Origin: Octopus bimaculoides
Lineage: Eukaryota
Direction: 5' to 3'
DNA length: 48,768 nucleotides
Assembly: GCF_001194135.2 (NCBI RefSeq)
Contig: NC_068985.1
Span: 15,483,844 to 15,532,611 of the forward strand
Part shown: positions 1-11,897 of the stretch, piece after piece
Layout: every line of letters begins with the position of its first letter
How positions within the stretch are numbered: position 1 is the stretch's first letter
Translations under genes and position numbers: made by a program
The notes under the pieces: model-generated
Seen by the model: only the letters and a program-made list of their open reading frames with translations
The model's database searches: none
Told to the model about the DNA's origin: nothing

Positions 1-56
<56 letters not shown>

Positions 57-455
57 CAACTACAGATTTGTATTATATGGTTAAAAAATATATTAAATTG
101 GACATATTTTTTAACCATATAATACAAATCTGTAGTTTTTTCATTCTGTTTTGTTTTTTATACATCCAACCACGTGCTTTCACATACCAACTCTCTCACC
201 CTATATATGTGTGTGTGTGTGTATGACAGATTTCTTTCAGTTTCTATCTACGAAATCCACTCACAAGGTTTAAGACAACCCGAGGCTATATTGGAAGATA
301 TCTACCGGGGTTGTCACGCAGTGGAACTAAACCATGTGACTAGGAAACAAACTTCTTACCACACAGCCACACCTTGCAAAACAAATGCCTGAAATAACAT
401 TATCATGAGCTATTGTTATTATTATCGTTATTTGAAATTAAATTAATGTATAAAA

Positions 456-798
456 ACTCTATTACTCTTTTACTTGTTTCAGTCATTTGACTGTGGCCAT
501 GCTGGAGCACCGCCTTTAGTCGAGCAAATCGACCCCAGGACTTATTCTTTGTACGCCTAGTACTTATACTGCTAAGTTACGGGAGCGTAAACACACCAGC
601 ATCGGTTGTCAAGCGATGTTGGTGGGGACAAACACAGACACACAAACATATATACACACACACACACACACGCATACATATACATTTATATGACGGGCTT
701 CTTTCAGTTTCCGTCTACCAAATCCACTCGCAAGGCTTTGGTCGGCCCGAGGGTATAGCAGAAGACACTTGCCCAGTGGAACTGAACCCGGAACCATG
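456..798 (-). mobile_element. SINE family A copy (5'-truncated)
   Basis: Homologous to 43972-44423. Confidence 0.85.
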
Positions 799-822
799 AA
801 CGCCTACATGAAAATTATATAC

Positions 823-904
823 TGGCAGCGATGTGATTCGAACCCACGCCTCCGCAAAGACTGGTGCCTAAAACCAGCGCCTTAGACCACTCGGCCACGC
901 TACC
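823..904 (-). tRNA. tRNA-Leu (anticodon TAG), 82 nt, imperfect T-stem
   Basis: Reverse complement GGTAGCGTGGCCGAGTGGTCTAAGGCGCTGGTTTTAGGCACCAGTCTTTGCGGAGGCGTGGGTTCGAATCACATCGCTGCCA. Acceptor and anticodon stems pair, long variable arm, A/B boxes present, TTTT 8 nt downstream. Confidence 0.88.
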
Positions 905-3331
905 TATTGTAAATTTCCTTTGTCGGTCGTTTATTAATGTACATTAAAATTAAAAAATCTCTTTTTTTTTTCTTTCATATCTCAAGACAGGTGTACTCAA
1001 CAATCTTGAAAACGTATCACAGTAAAGTCTCATTAAAGATACATTTCAAATTAAGTTACAGGAAAAACAAAGTCGGACGGAGGTGGGTGAGGATCAATTT
1101 TGTAGTTATGCTGGATTTGGTCTCTCACTCACTCGTAATCCTTCTAATGTACTCGACCTACTACGCCTCTAAAAAACGTACAATTTCATTTGTAGATGAT
1201 ATCACAGTTATATCCTCTCATTATTGATTGCCTTTCATCCTTTCGGGGTCGACAAATTAAGCACCAATCAAACTCTGAGTTCGATGTAATCGATTTAAAC
1301 CCTCCCCCATAATTTCAGGCCTTGTGCCTATTGTGGAAAGGATTATTCCTTGGGTATAATTAATCGAAGCCTACGTTAGCCTCTTGGAAATTCAAATTCA
1401 TACAAATAAAATTCGGGACCCGTTCGAGCATACCTACACAAGTGAGCCCCCAATCAATTTTATTTTCTCATCACTTTTATAAAAATGGGCATTTTTAAAA
1501 GAAAAATTTCTACAAATTCATTTCAGATGGTGTATATTACAATTATATGGCGAATTTAATAAAAAAAAATTCAAGAAAAGAGAAAGGTGCATACTAACAC
1601 GCATCAATGAATTTTTCAAAATTTCACGTATCATTGTGTGTGTGTGTGTGTGTGTGTGTGTGCAAACCCATATAAATTCTGAAGTTTGCAACTGATTTTC
1701 TCTGAACTGGGAACATACATTACTTATGTTCCAGAGATGGTTTTAGACCCTTAAAATTTTTCACATAATGAGTAATGGGGTTTCTGGGGGCAGAAAGCCC
1801 CCTTTCCTGGAGTACGTACGACTGCCCGCATAGTGCACGCAATGCTTCTGTTCAAACTAGNNNNNNNNNNAAAAAAAACACCTATTGAAATGAAATAATT
1901 AGGTTGTATTAAATGGATGAACGGATGTAGACTTCAAACTGCATTGTCTAAGTGGTAGCAATAATAGCCTGTTCCCGTAGTACCGTAGATAGCAATTTGT
2001 TGGAATGAAAACTGTTTGGAACGCAATATGTTTGTTATGAAAGATATGCTAAAATATGTTAAATTCTGAGCAACTATTTTCTTTTAGCTTCAGTACCACA
2101 GTCTTCTTTCTAAGCATAGACGAAGCCCAAACAAATATTCTTCAGCAGTTGATTACAAACCGAAATATCGCATGTACATTAACCTACTAATTTATGGTGT
2201 CTAAGGTCCATTAGGTACTGTGTCCTTAATGTGACCTTGCGTGCCCGGACGCTGCATCCAGAATTGTTTTCGTTTGGGAGCTGAATTGTCCTCAGAGTGG
2301 TTGCAAGCTGTTTACTCGAAGGAGTGCACGGTTAAGCGACAACTGTTGAATCCAACCGAAATATCGCATGACGACAGTGTTGTTTTCAAGCGCTTCCTTG
2401 CCATTCCCCACCCCCTTATCACGTCATTTCTTTCATGTAGATTTCTCTCATGTGGTGCTGTTGAGCTCGCCCACACGCTTAATTTATCACATAGATGTAG
2501 TTCCTATGTCAGCTGATTGTTCAGCGTCGTAGAGGCAACGCCGACATCCGCAAAAGAGAGTATATCCACTGAGAGCTTTTTAGTGCGTTCAAAAATCACA
2601 TACCGCCCCTCCCCATCACTTTTCCATGACAAGGCCAGGGCCTGGAATCTTCCAAACAGACGCATGACATGTCACTCAGTCGAATTAGCCCTTCATTTAC
2701 TTTACAAATGTTTTGTTGTCAATATTGCATAGGGTATTGGAATTTTAATAATGGATTTACAAATGTAATGACCAATATTAAAGACTATTGAATCTTACTC
2801 ACAAGGTATTGGAATCTAATATGTATACCATTCTGCCTAGACGTTGGATTTATAAATACAATATCCCTACATTCACTCTCTATTTCCTATCTTAACTAAA
2901 CTAACTATTGCTTAATCATCCTCTCACACTATCACCGATGAAGAGATATAATAAATATCCTGGAAACAGCTGTAAGACATTCTATTTATAAATGTTCTAT
3001 ATTATACACAGCCTTGGTCTTTTATCTCATTACGAAAAGTAAATCTTTATCTACACACGCTGATATATGACCTACGTTGGACCCCTTATTCGCATAATCA
3101 CCGAACCTGGAGCTTAACTACAATCTATACATAGCACTTACTCAGCATTACGTGAAACCTCTGGGTCTAATTGACACCACTATCGCTCATANNNNNNNNN
3201 NNNNNNNNNNNNNNNNNNNNNNNNNNNNNNNNNNNNNNNNNNNNNNNNNNNNNNNNNNNNNNNNNNNNNNNNNNNNNNNNNNNNNNNNNNNNNNNNNNNN
3301 NNNNNNNNNNNNNNNNNNNNNNNNNNNNNNN

Positions 3332-3368
<37 letters not shown>

Positions 3369-4103
3369 CACACACGATGTGTTTAAGTATGTATGTATGC
3401 GCGCCCACAATTTTTTTTTCACTTTAAACTCTCTGAAAAGTATTTGCAGGAAATTTTATTTAAAAAAAAATTCCATTTTCTAAAAGTTACGATGAAACAA
3501 AGTTAGGTGAGGGCACACTTGCGTAGTTATGCTATTGTTCGTTTTAATATTTTCTTTTTTTTTCACCTACAATATCACTAACTTATATTTTTTGTCAATT
3601 ACGCCTTAATTTTGAAAACGGATTTTGGATATTTATTTTGAACATCTGAGATTCAGAATCGGGTGGGAGGAGTGACTTTCTTGAAAATATTTAATAAACG
3701 ATTTGGGGATTTACAACTACAGTCCTTTTAATTTTATGTGTGATTGTGTATTTCACACACACACACTACAGTTATGAATCCTTTATTTAGTTTCTCTTTT
3801 ATAAATTCTTTTTTTATTTTTAAATCTTGAATATTTGATTTGCAAAATCATACAAATGGAAGACGTTTCACATTTAAAAGCGTAACTCATAATGTCTAAA
3901 CGCGAAAGTAGTCGACTAGATTTTTATTAAAATCAAAATCGAGCAATATAAGTCGAAGTCGTTCTCAATGGGATTCGAACTCAGAATGTAAAGGGAAGCA
4001 ACCAAATATCTCAACATTTTATCGCTGTCTTTATCCATTCAGACCAAAGGGAAGTTACTTTCGTCGCATTGTTGGTTCCGGTGTAAACAGACGAATCGTC
4101 AAC

Positions 4104-5034
4104 ATGAGGGTTGTCTCTTTGATCAGCGGTGGTAAAGATAGTACTTATAATATGATGCAATGTGTGGCCGAAGGCCACGAAATTGTCGCCTTGGCAAATT
4201 TAAGACCACCTGATGTAGACGAAATGGATAGTTACATGTTTCAGGTAAACTTCGTTCTTATAGTGCACGTGGTGCACTTTAAACCCAAGACAGCTTCCAT
4301 CGGAAACTCTTATAATCAACGGAATTCTAGCCATGACCATCCCGTTTTATCTCTATTTTCTTTTTGTATTCGGTACTACTAAAGCAGCGCGGACCCGAAC
4401 GCGCAGTCGCGCGTCCGCGCTAGCTAGTCTTGAGTGGTCGATCCTAACCCTAACCCTATCCCTAACTCTAACCCTAACCCTGTCCCTAACCCTAACCCTA
4501 ACCCTAACCCTAACCCGCGTGTGCAAATGAATACGTGTTTAGGGTTAGGGTTAGGATCGACNNNNNNNNNNNNNNNNNNNNNNNNNNNNNNNNNNNNNNN
4601 NNNNNNNNNNNNNNNNNNNNNNNNNNNNNNNNNNNNNNNNNNNNNNNNNNNNNNNNNNNNNNNNNNNNNNNNNNNNNNNNNNNNNNNNNNNNNNNNNNNN
4701 NNNNNNNNNNNNNNNNNNNNNNNNNNNNNNNNNNNNNNNNNNNNNNNNNNNNNNNNNNNNNNNNNNNNNNNNNNNNNNNNNNNNNNNNNNNNNNNNNNNN
4801 NNNNNNNNNNNNNNNNNNNNNNNNNNNNNNNNNNNNNNNNNNNNNNNNNNNNNNNNNNNNNNNNNNNNNNNNNNNNNNNNNNNNNNNNNNNNNNNNNNNN
4901 NNNNNNNNNNNNNNNNNNNNNNNNNNNNNNNNNNNNNNNNNNNNNNNNNNNNNNNNNNNNNNNNNNNNNNNNNNNNNNNNNNNNNNNNNNNNNNNNNNNN
5001 NNNNNNNNNNNNNNNNNNNNNNNNNNNNNNNNNN

Positions 5035-5083
<49 letters not shown>

Positions 5084-8000
5084 ATTTACGTGCGTGAGTC
5101 TGTTTGTCTTTCGGCCATCGCTTGACAACCGATGCTGGTGTGTTTACGTCCCTGTAAATTAGCAGCTCGGCAAAGGAGACCGATAGGATAAGTACTAGGC
5201 TTACAAAGAATAAGTCCTGGGGTCGATTTCTTCAACAAAAACCTATAAGGCGGTGTTCCAGCATGACCTTAGTCAAGTGACTAAAACAAGTAAAAGAATA
5301 TGAAAGGGAAGATAACGGCATTACACTCACGAAGTGATTGTGCACCATGCGAACTTTGTGGATCCCACAAACGAGGACGTTGACACGCAAAATGTGGAGA
5401 ATATGTGGATGCGGATGAAAAGAAAATTACGGCGACAATTTGGAACGTCGGACAATTTATTTGTGTCATATTTACACGAATTCATAAGGAGGGTTTTGTT
5501 CACTTGGCTATCGACCCGGTTTACGTTGTCTAACAGTTGACTTATTTATCTCCCCTTGCTATTTCCCCTTTCGTTTTTATTTACTTTTTTAAAACACCAA
5601 ACTGAAAGATTACCTAGGTACCAGATTATCTAAATTAAGAAATACGACAGTTGTCTCTATACACGTCTTCTCTAAAAAGCCAGGAGGTAGAAAAGATGAA
5701 TATATTATATAATCACTTGATATCCTTAGGACTACGGTTGTTTTGCAGCCTTCTTCATATAATGATAATTTCAGTGTGGAATAAATTATGTTTATGTTTA
5801 CATTAACATGAAAACAGAATTTATTATACACTGAAATTATTATTTACATTAAGAAAGCTGCAAAATGGCTGTAATCCTAAGGATGTCAAGTGGTAGTAAT
5901 TTCATTGATTGGGTTTTCTGCATTTCAGCTGCAAGGGTATTTTGCATTACACTTCTCTGTATTAATTTTCTGTCGTCTGATAGCTGAGTCCATTAGAGGA
6001 GCTTTCTGTGATAACCACACAATTCTCTGAATTCATATCTTATACTGCAAATTTATATATATATAAATATATATTTGAAATACAGCATGAACTTACACTG
6101 TTTTATTGAATGTTTTTTTGTTTTTTTTTTATAAAGATAGTTAGGTGTGGTTTGAGGTAGACTTCTCTGCTGCAGTTTCTAGCAAGGCAAATGACACAGA
6201 GAGGCTCTTTTATTGGTTTGAATCAGTTCTAGACATAATAATAAAGAGACAGTAAGTGAGGGATAGCAGTGTATTATTCACCTAATTAGTATGACTAACT
6301 GTAATTGTGTCAAATTTCACTGTGTTAAAGAATAGTACAGTTGTAATTAATTAAATGTTTGATATAGTTATGCTTCCTGTGTAGAAGTCAGAAAAAGAGT
6401 GGGCGGAGCAGTTAAGCATCTGATTTTAACACAGAAGAGTATTACATACAATTAATATTTTTCTAACTTTTTTTCTGGTATTGCGGCTCTGAAAGGGGTC
6501 TCAGGGAGTAGCATCCCTGCCTTCCTGAACTAGTTTTTCACTACATTTCTTAATAATCATGGTAGAGGGCTTGGTCTTGGGACCACTTGTGTCTAGAAAC
6601 TGAAGTTGGGGGTAAGCAAGGACATGCTCACCATAGAAAATCCAGCTCCCAAAAACGCTCAGGATAGCCAAGAAGAATGGGCACCAGCCAGCCAAAAGGC
6701 TGGGGTGGGCTGCACCTACCTACCTCAGTTACTATGGCATTGTGGTAGATCTGGCTACCCCTGTTAACGGGGACAAAATCTGGATTTAAAACACTGGATG
6801 ATGATGATGATGATGATGATGATTTTAATGGTTTCAGTCACTGGATCATGGCCATGCTGGATCTACATTTAAAAGATTTTAGTTGATTATATTGGCTTGC
6901 TGGACTTGGTCTGGTAGTTTTATAACTGACTTCCTAAGGGACGAAATGCAAAGTTGATTGAGCGTAATGGTACGTAACCTAGGGGGACAAAATACCACAA
7001 GATATTTTTGTTCAACACACTAATCATTTATTATTCCATGATAAGCTGTGTGTGTTTGTGTTTCTAAGATGTTACTTAGATGTAAAATTATTGTGGCAAT
7101 CATACAAGCAGTGCCATTCATTTCTAATATTCTGTGAGATGTGTGGCCATGGGAAAATATTACTTATCTTGGAAACAGAGAGGGCATCCTGCTATAAGAA
7201 ATGTACTTCCATAAACTCTCCGACCCATGCAGGCATAGAAAAGTGGTCCTTAAAATGATGATGATGATGATTAAACACACACACACACAAAACTCTTTGT
7301 AACATACCTATTGTTTCTCATTACAGACTGTTGGCCATCATGCTATTGATTTGTATGGTAAAGCTATGGAAGTACCATTGTTCCGGAGAACCATAAAAGG
7401 AAACTCCAAGAAAACAGACAGAGATTATGATCTGACTGAAGGAGATGAAGTAGAAGACTTGTATAATCTCTTAAAATTGGTAATGGAGGAAGTTGAAGAA
7501 GTCAATGCTGTGTCAGTGGGAGCTATACTTTCAGATTATCAACGTGTCCGTGTTGAAAATGTCTGTAGTCGTCTTGGACTGACTGTACTTGCTTATCTGT
7601 GGAGGCGAGATCAACAAGAACTCCTTGCTGAAATGATTGATGCAAAAGTACATGCAATTATTATTAAAGTTGCAGCTATGGGACTGGTGCCGGAGAAACA
7701 CCTTAGGCTTACATTGAAAGAGATTTATCCAAGTATGATCCAGCTTCACCAAAAGTACGGTTTAAATGTTTGTGGTGAGGGTGGAGAGTATGAAACTTTC
7801 ACCCTTGATTGCCCATTGTTCAAGAAAAAAATACAAGTTGATGATAGTGAAATTGTATGTCATTCGGACGATGCTTTTGCCCCAGTAGGTTATATAAGTT
7901 TCAAGTCTCTGCATCTCGAAGAAAAAGATAGTATAAATCAGTCTCTAACAGATTTGTCAATGAAATCCAGTAAATTCTTAATTGATGAACTCTTTTCTGT

Positions 8001-9204
8001 TGAAGAACAAAAGAGCTTGCAGTTTGATAAGTCACAAGAGAAATGTGTTGCTGAAAACCTTGCTTCAGTGGAAATTAAACCTCCTTTAATTAAAGAATCA
8101 AATGAATATTTTTGGATTGCTAACCTTGTTGGCTATGGAAGAGATGTAGAAGCAGCAAGCCAGCAAGTGATGGGTTCTCTAAAAGAATCACTGTCTCTCT
8201 GTAAAATTTCTCCTAGTTTCAAAAATATTTACTCTGTACATTTATATGTGAAAAATATGGAAACTTATAGTGTGATTAATACTATTTATAAGAAATATTT
8301 CGGAACTAACCCTCCTGTTCGTGTTTGTGTTGAAATGGATTTACCGTCAAATATACATTTGAAAATGGATGTTGCAGGTAGCTCTCAAATACAACATCCT
8401 GATAGACATTCCATGCATGTCCAAAGCCTTTCGCACTGGGCTCCAGCAAACATAGGACCGTATAGCCAAGCAGTGAAAATTAACATAAACCTTTTTGTTG
8501 CTGGACAAATAGGACTGTGTCCAGCAACAATGAAGCTTCCAGAACAATTTTGTATTAAAACTGAAGCCAGACTATCTTTAAGACATGTACACCGAATACT
8601 AAAAGCTATGCATGCAGAATGTACTTTCCAGAATATTGCTTTGTGCATTTGTTATATTACAGACAAAACATTCCTTCAAGCGGCGAAAGATGAATGGGAG
8701 CGAATGTTATGCTTGGATGAAGATGGTTCCGGTTCTGAACTAAGTCCAATAATACAGTTTGTCGTTTTATCTGGTTTGCCCAAGAATGCTCACATTGAAT
8801 GGGATTGTAGAGCAGTCTTAACTGAACAAAGTGATATTAAAAAGCAGGAATATACGATTAGTTGTGGCAGGCTCCATTTAGAATATTGTATTCATGAATG
8901 TAGTAAAATCTCAGGATTTAAAGGTTCTGTTTTAATAACTGATACCTTTTCAACTGATTCCATTTCAAAAGACACAATGTTAAGTGAACTTTTTACTGTT
9001 ATTGACAACTTAGTCAAAGACACGAATACAACTTGGGATGATATTCCAACAATTAAGGTTTTTTTCTGCAAAGATTTTTTCAACTACACTAAATTGGACT
9101 CAGAATTACAAAATGTACTCAAAACTTTGTGTACTCCACTCTATACTTTGTTACCTGTAAGATGTCTAATGGAAACTTCCTGCATACTCTCTGTCTGTTT
9201 CTAG
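4104..9204 (+). CDS. DPH6: Diphthine--ammonia ligase (DPH6/ATPBD4) with C-terminal RidA/YjgF-like domains; join(4104..4244,7327..9204), 672 aa
   Basis: Exon 1 reads MRVVSLISGGKDSTYNMMQC...DEMDSYMFQ (PP-loop SGGKDS) and ends CAG|gtaaac, phase 0. Exon 2 starts after ttacag| with TVGHHAIDLY and contains GAILSDYQRVRVENVC, LAYLW and CGEGGEYETFTLDCPLF, then YjgF-like motifs (PPVRVCVE, WAPANIGPYSQA, LPKNAHIEW). Stop TAG at 9202-9204. Family recognised from recalled human/yeast DPH6 sequence. Confidence 0.96.
4372..4561. mobile_element. MITE-like element with GGTAC terminus and inverted telomere-like (CCCTAA)n/(TTAGGG)n arrays; runs into N gap
   Basis: GGTACTACTAAAGCAG... terminal motif of about 70 bp is repeated at 48585-48657; perfect 20-bp inverted repeat GTCGATCCTAACCCTAACCC/GGGTTAGGGTTAGGATCGAC. 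Confidence 0.6.
5319..5492 (+). mobile_element. Merlin/IS1595(ISXO2)-like DDE transposase C-terminal fragment
   Basis: HYTHEVIVHHANFVDPTNEDVDTQNVENMWMRMKRKLRRQFGTSDNLFVSYLHEFIRR fits the H..NFVDP...HTQ.IE..W...K.......YL.EF pattern of this family (recalled). Confidence 0.8.
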
Positions 9205-10549
9205 ATTGATAAATAGAAATATTTCAAGCTTGGGTTTTCTGATTTTATTAAAATATTTATCAGTATATTCTCTTTCTTTTCTTTCTGTTCCTTGAAATAT
9301 TCTTTTCTACTCTAGGCACAAGGCCTGAAAGTTTTGGGGAGGGAGCCAGTTGATTAGATCAACCCCAATATGCAACTGGTTCTTAATTTATTGACCCCAA
9401 AAGGATGAAAGGCAAAGTCAGCCTCGGCGGAATTGAAACTCAGAACGTAAAGACAGAAGAAATGTTCTTTGAAATATTGTCCATTGTTAGTTCCAGTTCT
9501 GTATCAGATTTTCTAGGAGAACAGGCTGCTGGTCCCCTTTATTTCTTTTTCAGTTTCTGGAGATAGGAATGGTGCGATTGGTCCTCATACATGACCTTTG
9601 TCATGGGGCAATATAGCTGATTGTGAGACAGGTAGAAGTACACTTCTCCCCACAGAACTTGACTGGTACTTCATTTAATGAGCCCAGAAGAGTGAAAGAC
9701 AAAACTGACCAGAGCAAAATTTAAACTGACTGGAGGGCGAACTGAAACCAGTACAAGATATGTCCAATACTCTAATGACTTGACCAGCTTGCTACCTTAT
9801 TAAGTTCGTTTTAATTTCATTCTGTTGTTGGCTTAGTAATTACTGAAGTCTTCAGGCAGACAAATTGCCATACATCTCAATTGTCTGAAACGATATGCCA
9901 TCAGGTGTGATCACATACTCTCTTCTTGAGCCAGTGAGAGAACTACATGGTCATGTGACGTTGTAAGGGAAGCAACCCATTTTCTCTCAACTGACGTAAT
10001 ATTGCATTAAAAAACAAAAAAAAGCGCGTGTGTGCAGGGCTCACCTGATAATGCAGTACTGAATACACAGTTGCTTACGAAAAAGTCAGGATGGTCATAA
10101 CTGGAATATTGTAATTTCATGTGCAGAGAGTCAGGACTAACCTGTAACTAAAACAATAACCTCACTTTTTTGCTGTGTCTCTGCCTGAGACACTTTCCAT
10201 TATCATCAGAGAGCATTATTTATTCACATCATGTCTGTACAGCTTTCTTAGTTGCTGAGCCAAAGAAAGAGCCTCAAAATGAATGAATCTCACATCATAC
10301 ACCATATCTAGGTGCATAGTGGTTGTATAAAAATAAACCTTTTTGCTACCATTTTTCTGCTGAAAACAAATTTTGAAAATAGTGAACTTAGTAAAATAAT
10401 TCCCATTATTATGCTAGAGTTTATAACATGAATTAACGTGGAATTTTTATGGAAGGTTTGAACAACTTGAAAAATGGTGTTATTTGTAATAATTTTCTAT
10501 TTATTAGATCAGTGACTGTGTGTCACTTTGAAAAGAATATATTTCAAAT

Positions 10550-10669
10550 GAGAGTTTAGTGGTGCCATCTCTCTAGCTGAGCAGTTATTCTGTACTGATG
10601 AAAGGAAATAACCCAGAAACCATTGGTACACAGAAGTTGCTTTGAGCTGAGTAGGGACACTAAACTCTC
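10550..10669 (+). ncRNA. Candidate type I hammerhead ribozyme (partly degenerate) capping a long hairpin
   Basis: UUCUGU/ACAGAA helix I, CUGAUGA core, weak GG/CC helix II, GAAAC-C-AUU-G-GUA; outer 12-bp perfect inverted repeat GAGAGTTTAGTG/CACTAAACTCTC. Confidence 0.55.
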
Positions 10670-11029
10670 TTGTCCGAAAATATAAAGATGCAGATAATGT
10701 GTCGTACAGCCAGTTGGAGATGATGTTTCCGGGGGCTAAATAACAGTAACAATCGTCCTAACCAGGACAGCCACATTATGTTGGCAAATAACCTTTACAG
10801 TTATAATTAATAGATGTTTTACTCTCTAGTCTTTTTTTCAAAATTATTTTTACTTGTTTCGGTCATCGGATTGTGGTTATGCTTTAAAGGGTTTTCAGTC
10901 AAATAAACTGACCCCAGGATTTATTTTTTTTTCAAGCCTGATACATACTTTATTGGTCTCACAATGAACTGTTAAGTTAAAGGTATGTAAGCAAGCCGTC
11001 GGTTGCTAGGAGATAGGAGACACCCACAC

Positions 11030-11580
11030 CATCATTTTTATTTAACATCCGCTTTCCATGCTAGCATGGATTGGATGATTTGACTGGGGACTGGCGAACC
11101 AGATGGCTACACCAGACTCCAAACTGATCTGGCAGAGTTTCTACAGCTGGATGCCCTCCCTAACGCCAACCACTCCGAGAGTGTAGCGGGTGCTTTTTAC
11201 GTGCCACTGGCACAAGGGCCAGTCCGGTGGTACTGGCAACGGCCACGCTCAAATGGTGTTTTTTACGTGCCACCTGCACAGGAGTCAGTCCAATGTTTTG
11301 ATCACATGCCACCGGCACAAGTGCCAGTAAGGTGAAGCTGGAAACAATTGCGCTCAAATGGTGCTTTTTATGTGCCACCGGCACGGGATCAAGACAGCTG
11401 CTCTGGCAGTGATCCTGCTCGGATGGTGCTGTTAGCGCTCCACTGGCACGGGTACCAGTCATTGAATTTGGTTCAGTTTCGATCTCACTTGCCCCAACAA
11501 GTCTTCGCAAGCTGAGTTTAGTGTCCAATGAAGGAAGGTTGGCATGGGTGTCAGTTGTCGAATTTGGTTCAATTTCAATC
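11030..11580 (-). mobile_element. (GAT)n-tailed RTE-3'UTR-like repeat; same orientation near 18650-19020, 23343-23775, 24507-24840, 31400-31647
   Basis: Shared TTTAACRTCCGCTTTCCATGCTAGCATGGGTTGGA... core with internal GTGCCACCGGCAC subrepeats. Confidence 0.85.
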
Positions 11581-11897
11581 AAACATACATATATAACCTG
11601 ATGGGCCTCTTTCAGTTTCCATCTGCCAAATCCACTCACAAGGCTTTGGTCAGCCCATGGCTATAGTAGAAGACACTTGTCCAAGTGCCATGTGGTGAGA
11701 CTGAATATAGAACCATGTGATTGGGAAGCAAACTTTTTACCACACAGCCATGCTCACACCAGAATTTTCTATTTAATCTCTAGTATTCTATAAAATCCAG
11801 AGACAAAGAAGCACTGCTCTAGGTGGTCACTGACCTAATAGAAATAGCAGCCAAATCTCCCTCAAAATGTGCCTTAGTGTTTTTAAAAAGCCACAAG

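Noticed and set aside
2241-2732. Two adjacent + strand ORFs (91 and 71 aa)
   Set aside because: No recognisable domain or splice support; probably decayed transposon sequence that could not be classified.
4441-4555. True chromosome end/telomere
   Set aside because: Short, head-to-head, internal to an intron and attached to a dispersed terminal motif.
4424-5162. Long ORFs through N gaps (also 3152-3427, 19353-20129, 29428-30156)
   Set aside because: Artefacts of N runs and of telomeric or microsatellite repeats; only the 29443-30035 exon has independent splice-site support.
11200-11460. CRISPR-like or regularly spaced GTGCCACC repeats
   Set aside because: Degenerate internal subrepeats of a eukaryotic retroelement; no unique spacers and no cas genes.
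11160-11639. 159-aa ORF (and similar 24572-25024, 28442-28852, 41231-41569)
   Set aside because: Entirely within SINE or RTE-tail repeats.
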